Assembly: GCF_006345805.1 (NCBI RefSeq)
Contig: NC_043015.1
Span: 26,226,001 to 26,290,000, forward strand
DNA length: 64,000 bases
Direction of reading: 5' to 3'
From: Octopus sinensis
Taxonomy: Eukaryota
The notes below the pieces were generated by a model. That model did not search any database and was not told the DNA's origin. It saw nothing but the letters and a program-made list of their open reading frames with translations. Numbering within the stretch: position 1 is the stretch's first letter; each line of letters starts with the position of its first letter. Of the stretch, positions 51,920-64,000 are shown piece by piece. Both the position numbers and the translations under genes were made by a program.

Positions 51920-52774
51920 TTGTATGTGTTTGTATGTATGCAGGTTTGTTTATTAGCAATTGTATGTATTTTTCATATTGTATCACATGAATGTTTATAG
52001 ACAGAGAAATAGAAAGGAAATTAAGTCGAGAGAGAGGGGGAAGAGAGAGAAGGAAATGGAGAGAGATACGAGAGACAATGGCGGAGTCGTAGAGGGAAAG
52101 TGAATGAGAGAATAAAAGAGGAAAATTAAGAAATATCTAAATACATAAAGAAAGAAAAAGAAAGAAAGAAAGAAAGAAAGAAGGAAAGAAAGATAGAAAG
52201 AAGGAAGGAAAGAAAGAAAGAAAGAATGAAAGAAAGAAAGAAAGAAAGAAAGGAAATGAAACACTGTTTCAATGGCGGCGACAGATTGTCCGTGTTATAC
52301 GGTCGCAGGGGGATAGATAGTTTATAGATGGTTTGCTTGCATTCCTCGTGAGATATCGCTCAGTGACTCTCATAGAGCGCGAATTACAGACATTATTATT
52401 ATTACTACTGTTCTTACTGTTGTTGTTGTTCTTATTAATTTTGTTGTATTGTATCCGAATCTACAAGTAGAGCAGCTAAGAAGATAATAATAATATGTTG
52501 CTATTGTCACCATTGAATGTCCCTTGCTGAACTAACTGTTTGAATAAATCCTTAAGATATAATTAAACATTTGAGTCGATCTTTCAGTTATCGATTGGAG
52601 CACAAAACAAATTTTGAGAAAACGAAAACCGATTCGCCATTATGAGAAAACAAATGCAAAAACCAAGACAAAAATATCGTTTTGTAGCGAGGCATTTCAT
52701 TTGATTGGAAGAATTGGTGCTTATCAGTTGATACATGCATGCATGCATACATACAGGCATACATATATACAGAC

Positions 52775-52840
<66 letters not shown>

Positions 52841-53239
52841 TATTATATAAGGCAGATTTTATCTGCCTCCCTTTGGGAGTTATACAAATCTACAATATAG
52901 GATTTCTTCAATTACAATTTACCTAGCAGTTTTAAGAGTACAATGCATCGCGTCATGCCAGGTCCAGTTTTTAAAATTTAAACTCCAATTAAGCAAAATT
53001 TACAGAAAACTCACATTCTGGTGTGTGTGTCAAATGCTTTTCTTAGTCTGGTTTACACCACACGCAAACGCACACACACACAAAGGGAGCGAATTGTTTC
53101 ACTCACGCTATCACCCTTCTCCTCCTTTGTCTTTGCAAGTTGGCAGCTATTAAAGTGAAAACAGTGAATCCGGCAGCGATTAAGAACACGAATTAGCACC
53201 TGAATGGAGTGAAAATTTAAAAACTGTTTCTTTCGGTGA

Positions 53240-53480
53240 TTTTTCTGAAGAAACTGCACCAAGCCACAGACTTTCCCAGAAGAGTAAAGCCTTACACTAT
53301 TTCTATTTACTTTTTCGAATGAGCCCATTTGAAATCATTACGGCAGAAACGAACTGTTACGCTAAACGTAAACAAAACGAAAGAAACGATAGTTTGTTAT
53401 TTCCCACAACCTTAAATGAAATTAAGGCCTATTTTGCCATAAATATTATTATGGGTATCAGAAAGTTACCCAGAATAACA
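53240..53480 (+). pseudogene. piggyBac (PGBD-like) transposase N-terminal fragment
   Basis: LHYFYLLF..PFEIITAETNCYA...FPTTLNEIKAYFAINIIMGIRKLPRI matches the piggyBac ET(N)xYA / E..AF....I.MG...LP pattern. Confidence 0.7.
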
Positions 53481-53714
53481 AATTCTATCGTAAAGTTTTG
53501 TTGTATACCCAATTGAATATTAGCTAATAACCCATTTTCTATAGCGATGTTTGAACAAAATTTTAATAATTTTACAGAAAGTTACCCAGAATAACAAATT
53601 CTATCGTAAAATTTTGTTGTATACCCAATTGAATATTAGCTAATAACCCATTTTCTATAGCGATGTTTGAACAAAATTTTAATAATTTTACAGAAAGTTA
53701 CCCAGAATAACAAA
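53459..53714 (+). repeat. 116-bp tandem repeat (2.2 units)
   Basis: cagaaagttacccagaataacaaa starts at 53459, 53575 and 53691. Confidence 0.92.
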
Positions 53715-53993
53715 CGAGCCCTTCTGGGTATTAGCGCGCGTCTACGATGAGTCTACGATTTAAAAAAAAATTACCATCATATTTTTCCATCTTAATGCAT
53801 TTTTTTCGCTTTTATATAAGGGAAGTAACCCTCTAAAAATATCTACGATGTGTCAACGATTTAAAGAAAAATTTACCTTAATTTTTTTTCAATTTTTAAT
53901 GCATTTTTTTGCTATTTTTTGGCTATAACTATCTAAAAATGCTTATATAGTTATTTCCCTTACAACCCGAGCAACGCCGGGCGATACTGCTAG

Positions 53994-54047
<54 letters not shown>

Positions 54048-57000
54048 CATACACTTGAACACATATACATAGGTAAGCATATACATACATGTGTATGGTT
54101 GTGTGTTTGTGTGTGTATATGTTCTTTTATTTTTTAAACTTTTACATGCTTCATTCATTTGACTGCAGCCATGCTGGAGTACCGCCTTAAAGCTTCTTAG
54201 GCGGAAAATCGAGCCCAGGACTTATTTTTGTAAACCTTGCGCTTAACATCAGTTTTAATAATTATTCTATCGGTCTTTACACATTTATTATATGTAAACA
54301 AACGCGGAAGGTATTACTTGCAATATTTTGTCTCACTGAAATTTCTCAGGGAAACTTTTCTCTTAGATACACAGAAGACTGATGAATCCCCAGATATTGT
54401 GGTTGTACCTGATTTGATTTGCTCAATGACAAATACCCTAACACATTCTGAGTTTATTTTCAAACACGAGAAGACAAAAATGCTCTATCCAGGTCACACG
54501 ACCTGCCTGCTTTAAATTGTGACGGAAAATTCTTCATATCAACCCTTGTCACCTTTAAAGAAAGAAAGGGAAAGAACGAGTTTCAAATAATTACATAACT
54601 GTTATGTCCTAGTGGCATTTACCCAGCTTCTTCCGTTCTAAGTTCAAATTCCTCGATGAAGTATTTTGATCTTTCGTTATTCCGGTATTGAAGTATAAAG
54701 TATTTATGCTGGACTTTGGAATGATGGAATAATTAGAGCGTCCATCGGAAATGCATTGCGATTTTGTTCCAGGTTTTGTCTTCTGGGTTCAAATTCCACT
54801 GTGTCCTACATAGGGCGGGGAGAGTAGTCCTAAAATTTTGTCCAGTTTAGCATCACTGCCAGGTCATTTTATCAGTGTCCATTCTGTCGGAAGCAATTCG
54901 GCCCAGATCTCCCATCTATCTCGGAACCCTGCAAAGAACCATGGACACGTTTCTTTCTCTCTGATTGAGCAGTAAAAACGAAAAAAATAAATCTACTCGT
55001 TCCGACTTGAACGAGGCGATACAACAACAACATTCTGAAATACAAAGCAGTGGCTTTCATTCATGGCTGCTTTCAGCTTTATTAACCAGCTTTAACCGAA
55101 GATTGAACCCGAGTCATAAATTTTATGCATTTTTTAATTGCCTTCTAAAACATAGTTTTGCATTTTAGAATTTTATCCCCAAAATTAACATAACGAAATC
55201 ACGAATGACTCATTCATTATCTCTCTTCCCCTTTCTCTCCTTCTCTCTCTTCCACCGTTTCTGTTTCTCCCTTTCTCTCTCTTCCACCGTTTCTGTTTCT
55301 CCCTTTCTCTCTCTTTTCCTCTCTTCTTTCTCTCTGCACTTAAAAATAAACATGTAATATGTATCTAAAATTGCTGTTAATCACTTCCAAGCGATTATTA
55401 ATCGATCATCCCTATCAGAGCAACTTATTCCTTTTTTCAGTCATAGTATATATTGGACTACATTGAGTTATGTCCGTTCTATTTTTGAAACAATTGGATG
55501 TCCTATGAAAGAGATTGTCCACGAATACGACCCAGTGTAACAACTACACACACACAGATATATTCATTTGTTGGTAGGGTCCACAATGACGGCTTCAACT
55601 ATTTAGCGCATATGTGGGGTATATTGATAATGCCTGAACCCTCTCTTTTAACCCAGGTCATCCCTTATTAAATAGACTTATGGTAAAAGACGTTCCAACT
55701 GTGATCATGGCATTTACTATATACAGTACGACTTCATCAGTCACTGAGCACGTTTCTTTTTTCTTTCAAATTAGTGAGGAAGGCTTAAGGGAGTATTAAA
55801 TTTGCTACTATTTCTGGTAAATCAACTTACCACGTATAGGATCCCTGATTGGCTTGAACTTCTCAAAACTACATCATCTCGCAGGTGTTACATTCAACAC
55901 TGAAAATCGAGACACCGTTAAATCTCCAGTGCTGCCACTTCTCACAGCTCTGAACTGTTAACGCTCGATAGAATGCGACATTGGTCGTTAGATAATTTGA
56001 CCTCAGTGTTTACAATAGACCACTTGTAACTAGATAGAAAAAAAGAGAAGGAACTATCACACAATTAGCTAGTTTTTCACCACACTACCATACTATATAA
56101 ACTCACTGAGCTGTAACACAATACACAGAGAACTTGGTTCTTTTCCAAATCAAAGAAAATTGAGTTTGCAATGTAACTGACATGATTCCATCAACCAGAT
56201 GAATCTTCGATAACGTTCTGTCGATGGTGTTTAAAGCTAACCGAATTAAACACATTTCACTTCCTATGGTATACATTATTCATTTCCAAAGAGCACAGAG
56301 GTGACAGACTTCGTTCTAAGTGACATTACTGTGTTTTGTCATATATTGCTTGTCTGTCGATTTAAAACTTAATGCACTTGTGTTGTTTCCTCAAGTAGAT
56401 TCCTAGCATTCTTTCACACTGCACAGTAAAACCACAATTCTCAAATTATGCTAAACTGTGCTGGGTGTCGTTTCAACACCTGCCGACCAATTTCTAAGTC
56501 AACTTATCGAATCTTAGCAACTCTGCAATGCCGTAAACTGATAGGAATCCATATCCTAATGGAACTTTGTCTCTCAAGTCTAGACAATATTCTTTTATAT
56601 ACCAGACATCTGGTTTGCAAACGACTAACACGCCACTCAGGAACAGGTGCTGAGGACTCTACAGTCAACGACACAACTATACACCCAGTGCTGATAGATA
56701 ATCATTATACGACGTTATTGTTCAACGAATGGCGATACTTCAATCGGTAATGGAGATAACCTTCATAGTGGCATAAATGTGTGTGTATGAGCGCTCGCGC
56801 ATACGTGTGTGAGTGTGAATTAGCAATAGAAAACACACTTATTTTGCAGGAATATATCGATATTTTTCCACAGACGAAAACATTGTTCAATAGAAAATGT
56901 CAAAACAATTACAACATCGATTACATGTAAAAATATTAACATTTAATTCGTTGAGCAATTTTATTTTGTTGTTATTCTTGCCGCCGCCGCCGACGACGAC

Positions 57001-58730
57001 GACGATGATGTTGATGATATTGCTCATTATTTTTATATATCACATGTACATTGGTTTCTCTTTTAATATATTTTATTACTATGCAATGCTCCGGTCTGCT
57101 TTGGTCTGGTTGCTTCGGTATGGAGGAAGGATATTATTAATGGTTGTCGTAGGCCCACTGCAGCAGAAAAAATTAAATTTAGTACGATTTCTCTTATCAA
57201 TAACGATGCTGTTTCAATTCCTACTCGAAGCAGTTTCTGTCACGAATACTTTTCCAAAAGCTTTCGCTTCACATAGTTGAGGTCAATAATCACAACCATA
57301 AATATAAGCATTTCCCGGTCAACGAGAAACCATAAAGTATATTTAGTCTGTTTATTGTTGCTATTCCTATTACTGCTGTTTAACCTCACGTTACTCCCAG
57401 AAAAGGAGATCAAAGACAATCAATCCGTGGCTATCCTGTCTGTTTATCACACATTATTGTTCTAGAACTACATTATGAAATGCACCATTTTCTTTTCAAG
57501 ACGGAATATGCAATTAAAGACAGATTTAATTTAGTTGTTGTTTCCATATTGCTATTGTTTTTTATTGTTGTTCTGGTTGCTGAGAACGTTGCTGTTGCCG
57601 CATGGTTATAATCGTCAGTGTCGTCGTCATTGGTTTCATTCACTTCCAGAACTGCTTAATGGAACCATACTATACCTTCAACTGTAAAATGTCATCTTAA
57701 AAGTCCTCTTGTATTCTTCAAATCGGTTCTTTGTGTATTCTGTGTTCAAATGCTTTTCTTGCAGGTTTTGTCTTTCATCTCTCGTCAGGTTACTTAAAGT
57801 AATATTCAGTTGAATATGAGAGTTAATTAAATCGATTACAAGCGCTGCCATTGTACTGCTTAAAATATTCGATACCTTTAAAAATCAGTATTTATTAGTT
57901 GTAGAGCAGTCGATTAGAAGAATTGGTAGTGCGCTGGTATGAGAATAATGGAAGGGAATAAATAGCAAAACAATGAGAAATAAGTGACAAAAAGCAAAAT
58001 AAAACAAAAGAATAAAATGGAGTGTGGGTTATAGCAAGAACATCAGCAATTTCGACAACCTGGCAAGCATAAAATCCATCATTTTTGACAGGTACTATGT
58101 TAGTTGGAATCATAATCACAATACAAATTAAAACTCGGCTTTTACTCTAGAGGTCTGAATGATATGTAGCAATACTGAATTGTTTGGAAAAACGTAATAT
58201 TTTTATCTACGTTCAGGAATTTAGATATAAAATGAACTGGTGTTGGTTTTGTATGATGTCAGTTCGTGTACTTACAGAATACGTCTTACTGTTTCATGAC
58301 TCCCAAGATATCCAATATATAAATATTGAATTTCTGCAAATCCGAGCCTATTTAAGGAATTGATTCACATGCGGACTAAAATAGAGAGAAATTCTGTAGA
58401 CCTATTTCGGGAGGTGGGTTTAGATATTAAAAGGGGATTTACTAGAAAACTTGATTCAATGCATTGCCACACAGACATTCAAACATACATCAGCAGGTAT
58501 ACTTACACATATTTCTTGTATATATAAATATATCCACACACAAGCACGTGCGTGTATTTTGCACAGAAATGTATAATTATATACACACTGTAAAAGCATA
58601 TATGTGCGTGTATGTATATATATATAGATTCACAGTAAAAGCATATATATATATATATATATAATAAATGTATTTGTATTCATGCATATGTATAATATAT
58701 ACAAATATTTACATGTGTGTGTCTGTGTGT

Positions 58731-58770
<40 letters not shown>

Positions 58771-59646
58771 ATGTATATATATATATATACATGATCACGA
58801 ACATACAGTAACCTTTATTTTGTTCCTAGTGATTATCTCGTCTCCGTATAAACCGTGGAAATGACGCTCCTTCAGATATAACTAATTCCGTTCTCCTGCC
58901 ACTAATTCAGCCAATCCTACAACTCTTACAGAAAAACGCTAAACGTCTTTAATCTGATCTGTGTCATGAGCTCCATTCTCCAACACACACCTGACGCCTC
59001 TTTATATAAACCTTTTATCTATTCGGCAAGCGGGGCTTCCAGCTATAAATTACTGACATGGATCACATTAACCTTCTACGGATTTCTATAGAATTACACG
59101 TGCTTGTATGAAGAGCAGTCAGAATTCAATCGAATTCCATTCCACTGTCTTCACGAAGGAAGGACACATTTGATAATGTGAATTTAGATGTTGCCTTCTA
59201 TGATTTTAAAAATATAAGTACAAGGATGTAACTGTAAGATCTTCCTCATTATGCGCATGTAGCATTGAAGTGGGATTTGGAGCGCAGGAAGAAAGGTTGT
59301 AACAAAAGATTAAATAGATTTTAAGTGTGCTATATTAATTCAACCTGCTTATTTATAAGTTCAGGCATATGTATATGGAATTGCCGAAAAGTTCATGGAT
59401 TTAGGTAGGTAGGTAGGTAGGTAAGTAGGCAGGCATGGGTGTACATGTATTCATGCATAAATCATTCTTTTATCATTAAGAGTAATTTCAGAAATGCGTG
59501 GGCCACGCGTGTAATACCTCCATCGTGTTGAACAATTGTAATCGTAATACAAATATACTTGTCTACACACATTCAAATACATATCCATGATAGTACCTGT
59601 TTATCCCTCTACACACTTATATTTATGCGTCTAATTCTTTGGCCTG

Positions 59647-59685
<39 letters not shown>

Positions 59686-61372
59686 CTCTTTCTTTCCCTC
59701 GTTATATATATTGTGTTCTTGAAAATTGACTCGCTATTGACTTTCATGATTAAGCTCAGCATCAAATGTTTCCCAGTTGCCAACAGTATTTCATGTAAAA
59801 AATATATACCATATACATCTGTGTGTGTATGTATATGTGTATGTATATTTGTATGTACGTCCACCAATTATAAAAACTAATAAAATTTACATTAAAGTGA
59901 TAGGAAATTTAAAATTATCTCTTGGGGAAATGGTCAAACTTTAAATTCATAAACAATTAAATGATAAATGGGAGTCTGTGTCATAAAAATGCCACCAAGT
60001 AGCACACACCACCATCACCACTATAGCCACCTTCACTACTACTATCACAACTGCTACCACTACTACCACTACTTCCATTATCAACACCACCATTCGCCAC
60101 TACCACAATCCCCCACCGCCACCATTCGCCACCACCACAATCCCCCATCGCCACCATTCGCCACCACCACCATTGTCATCATCGCAATCACAACCACTCT
60201 TAGTCATGTTGTTTCCAAACAATTCCATCAAATGAAGCCAGAAGAAAAATACTAATTTCGGTTGCCGTTGTTTTCGAAATCGCAATCGTTGTCTTCTTTG
60301 TTGATTTTGTTGTTGATGTTGTCGTTTATATTTGTGCGACAAATCAATTTCAACCACGAGTATTTCCACAATGTTCTCTTTGATCAAACTCATAATGAAA
60401 GGTGCTCCGGCCACGAAAGTTTCACCTATATTAGTTTCCAGACAATCTCTTTCTACATGTGTTCCGGAAGTTTACTTAATAATTTGTCCTACAATAAGAG
60501 CTTTCCCGGGCGTTCACATCTATGTGCTTTCCTTTTCCATACTAGATTATTCCATATGTGTTTAGATTCTTTTCTCGACAGCTGTTCCTGAGAAAGTATT
60601 GGGCCTAGTGTGTAGAGTTGTAGGATCGCGGTTATGATTCCCGGTCCGAACAGTGCATTTTGTTCTTGAGCGAAACCCTTCACTTCATGTTTGTCCATTC
60701 CACTCAGCTATAAATGAGTTTAAACAATTGCTGGCGAAGTGACCCTGCCACGGACCGACGTCACCTTCAAGAAGCCTCCTAGTGTTGTTATGTCAATCAC
60801 TTAGACCTTTGGTAATCATGTGGTACTCAGTCCCTATTAGGCTGGTGACAAACCGAAGTTTATGGTTTGACAGATTTGTTATCTTCATAACAAGTCGAAC
60901 CATATTTTAGGACTTGTCACCTTGTCGTTTACAGATGCTCTCATACATACTCTAACGTATCGAAACGGAAACCGAGTAACGACGGGACAGCGCTCGACTC
61001 CTGAAGCCGGCCGCGACTCTGCTATGAGATTCCATTGGTTATATGTATTCTTATGAGTTGTGTCACTTACTGTCTCGTTTACCTAGAGATTGTAAGTGGC
61101 ACAACTCATTCACCTCAGACAAAATGTATCTTGAGGATGAAATTTGTCATCAACAATCTACAAATACAGCTGTGGTAATTGCAAGGTCCAAAGATCGAAG
61201 TGTAGGAAGAAAGTGAACTTCAAACAATCCGTAGAAAATATAAAACGACATTATTGGTGCAGAACGTTGTGAATTCTTCCCATATCGAAATATGATGAGC
61301 TGAAAAAAATTGTTATATTTCATGTTTGGCTGCCAGGTTTGCCAGGTATGTTAATAAAATTCCAAAAGTTAA

Positions 61373-61673
61373 GGAATAGAGTGGATAATATCCGAATTAC
61401 ATGTTTCATAGAGAGCGGAACTTCGGAGATGGTAAATATCCGAGCGAACTGTATAATGCAGGCTACTCTTCAGACCAAGGAAATCTTGATTATTCTGATC
61501 GAATCCTCCGTTTGTTAACATGTGCCTCCTTATAAGAACGTAAAATTGATTCAATCAAGATACCTTTGGTCTGACGCGTATCCTGCGGTATACACCTCGC
61601 TTGGATATTCATTACTTCCGTGGTTCTGCTCGCTATGATACATATGTAGCCTGGATTTTATCTACTCCATTCC
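61373..61673. mobile_element. MITE with ~120-bp imperfect TIRs and TTAA flanks (Kolobok-like ends)
   Basis: TTAA|GGAATAGAGTGGATAA ... TTATCTACTCCATTCC|TTAA. The arms pair inward as far as tcttgatt/aatcaaga. Confidence 0.7.
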
Positions 61674-62087
61674 TTAACTCTTGAATAGCAATTGCTGGTG
61701 CTGGTAAGTACCTTTCGTTACTTTTATGACCTCTATTCATTTAGCCTTTAGGTTCAAATTGCTAATAAGCCACCCATTTAATTTGTTGTTTACATTTTTA
61801 TCCCTTTGAAAATCAGCACATATTTTCACCGGTTTTTCTGACACAGTTAGTTGAGCTTAAGCCAAGGGGTTAAGAGTCGCTGACGAGGATTAAGATGTTA
61901 TGCATCAAAATCTGAAATCGTTCGATCCGACTGCGTACGCTGGGGAATTACCTGCCCTTGTCAGTTATTAAGCACAATGCTTGTTTCTAGCAATGGCTGA
62001 TGCTGGTCAGTACCTTCTGTCACTTTTGTGACCTGTATTAATTTTGCCTTTAGGTTCAATTTTCTAATAAGCCACACATTTAATTTG

Positions 62088-62123
<36 letters not shown>

Positions 62124-62126
<3 letters not shown>

Positions 62127-62530
62127 CGCAGGGGTGGCTGTTTGGTAAGTAGCTTGCTAACCAACCACATGGTTCCGGGTTCAGTCCCACTGCGTGGCAT
62201 CTTGGGCAAGTGTCTTCTGCTATAGCCCCGGGCCGACCAATGCCTTGTGAGTGGATTTGGTAGACGGAAACTGAAAGAAGCCTGTCGTATATATGTATAT
62301 GTATATATAAGTGTGTGCGAATATGTTTGTGTGTCTGTGTTTGTTTCCCAGCATTGCTTGACAACCGATGCTAGTGTGTTTACGTCCCCGTCACTTAGCG
62401 GTTCGGCAAAAGAGACCGATAGAATAAGTACTGGGCTTACAAAGAATAAGTCCCGGGGTCGATTTGCTCGACTAAAGGCGGTGCTCCAGCATGGCCGCAG
62501 TCAAATGACTGAAACAAGTAAAAAGAGTAA
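62124..62530 (+). mobile_element. full-length tRNA-derived SINE
   Basis: A box tggctgtttggt, B box ggttcagtccc, cttgggcaagtgtctt core, internal (TG/TA) tract, 3' ggcggtgctccagcatggccgcag..tgaaacaagtaaaaagagt. Tail-only relics at ~7860-8030, 12640-12725 and 54140-54280. Confidence 0.88.
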
Positions 62531-64000
62531 AAAAAAAAAAAGAGTATATATATACATATATATTTATATGTATACATATATATATATATACATATATATA
62601 CATACATATATATATGTATGCATGTATGTATGTATGTATGTTTAGCAAAATCCCTTGTAAATTTTCTTATGGCTCTGGTCGGCTACCACATCTTAACTAT
62701 ATCCTGGAGTAACTCAGGGTATAAGCATTTCTTTAGGTTTGGCAGATACTATAACAATTTTAGCCGCCATAAGGTGAAATTAACATGTGAATCATCACAC
62801 AACATTGATTATTTTACATACACAGACTCAACAACAAAAGATTGAATAAACTGATGCTAGAAAATGAAAATGTAGACCCAAATGGCGCGGATAAGGTGAA
62901 TGGAGCGTATATGAAAGCAAATAAAGAAAAAGAACTAATAAACATTATAACAATAAGAACAGAAATAGACATAACAATAACAGTGAGATAAATGAGCCAG
63001 GCATCAGGAGAGAAAAAAAGAAAACACAATAAGTAACGTGGAAAGAAGGAACAATAGAGATGACGAAATGAACAACTATCACGCAAATGGATGTAATACG
63101 AAGCATAAAGGGAATAAAAGAGCAACGAGAAAGAACCAGACGGCAAAAGAAAAACCAGAAGATGCAGCTCTAGAATCAAAGATTAATACTCGCACGTGAA
63201 TAACTGCATGAAAAGGACTATTGTATGTCAATGTGAAGTACAGAGAGATGCACAAGCATGCATATATAGATGCAATTAGGGACCAGATTAAAATTGTCTG
63301 AGAAACAATCTTGCATTCTTGTCTAATGAGTTGAAAAGTCACTGCACATCATTGGCAAACCTCGTGGGGAGACTAAAAGAAAGGGATAAGATACGAAAAA
63401 GAATGGTGTGTGCTGAGGAATACGAGACGATATCATTCACACTCCCGTGTCTGTAACTTATGAATGGAAGAAATAGAAATTATCTAATGTAAGGATTAAT
63501 TAATGAATAAACGCTCAGAAATTATATTTACTTATAGTCATAAGCTTAAAAGCTTATTCATCAGTTTTGAAAACAAACTCTATAAAAATCCCAAAGAACG
63601 TTGAAAAGGCTTTCACAGAAGAACTCACTCACACGGACAGATTATTTGTGTTCATAGGACTATGTTCCTAGGGCTACATTGCTGTGATTTATATGCATGT
63701 CAAAATATTGTTGCTTAATGTAGAAATCATATGACATTCTTAGAAATACACAGCGATAAAGATAAATATTGCCTCTAGGATGTGTAGCAAAATCAACGCA
63801 AAAGCTATAATCCGCACTTGTCTAATCAGTTAAAAACAATCGTGCTTAATGTCTTGCATATAGAGATTAATAAACAAGGTGTCTAACTGGAACGAACAAA
63901 AAATCTTTACAACCACAGTTACTCCAAAAACAATCATTTATTAGAACGGGTGACCTGAGACAAATAGTTTAGATTGGTAATGACAAGAATGACTTGAAAT

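Larger units (their letters stand above)
52836..53993 (+). mobile_element. non-autonomous Helitron with captured piggyBac transposase fragment
   Basis: 5' A|TCTCTTATTATATAA. 3' hairpin cccgagcaacgccggg shortly before CTAG|T. Inserted in (TA)n. Confidence 0.75.

Noticed and set aside
52270-52320. aATGGCGGCG start/YY1-like motif (similar at 49484)
   Set aside because: The ORFs close within ~15 codons and there is no independent evidence of a gene.
55243-55314. 32-bp tandem duplication in CT-rich DNA
   Set aside because: Ordinary slippage duplication in low-complexity sequence.

Overview
AT-rich, microsatellite-dense eukaryotic DNA. The SINE families and repeat landscape suggest an octopus/coleoid cephalopod genome (inference). 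No intact host protein-coding gene can be supported, and most ORF-track entries are translations of microsatellites or antisense TE frames. The left half holds four decayed R4/Dong-clade non-LTR retrotransposons (RT, CCHC and restriction-like endonuclease) in (TAA)n tracts. They form a ~26-kb inverted arrangement (A,B on +; C,D on -). A ~4.7-kb block (A 3' part + unique spacer + B 5' part) is nearly identical to its inverted counterpart, while the outer parts are diverged. The spacer carries a TATA-containing module, present three times and always head-to-head with an R4 5' end, plus a candidate spliced micro-exon antisense to the neighbouring element. The right half has a 5'-truncated Penelope-like (Naiad-type) element with a GIY-YIG domain and a well-formed minimal hammerhead ribozyme, plus Penelope-like inverted-tail relics. 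It also contains mariner pseudogenes, non-autonomous Helitrons (one carrying a piggyBac transposase fragment), RTE/CR1 fragments, tRNA-derived SINEs, a tRNA-Thr(CGT)-like gene, a TTAA-flanked MITE and several templated-insertion repair scars. All comparisons were made by eye, so boundaries are approximate.
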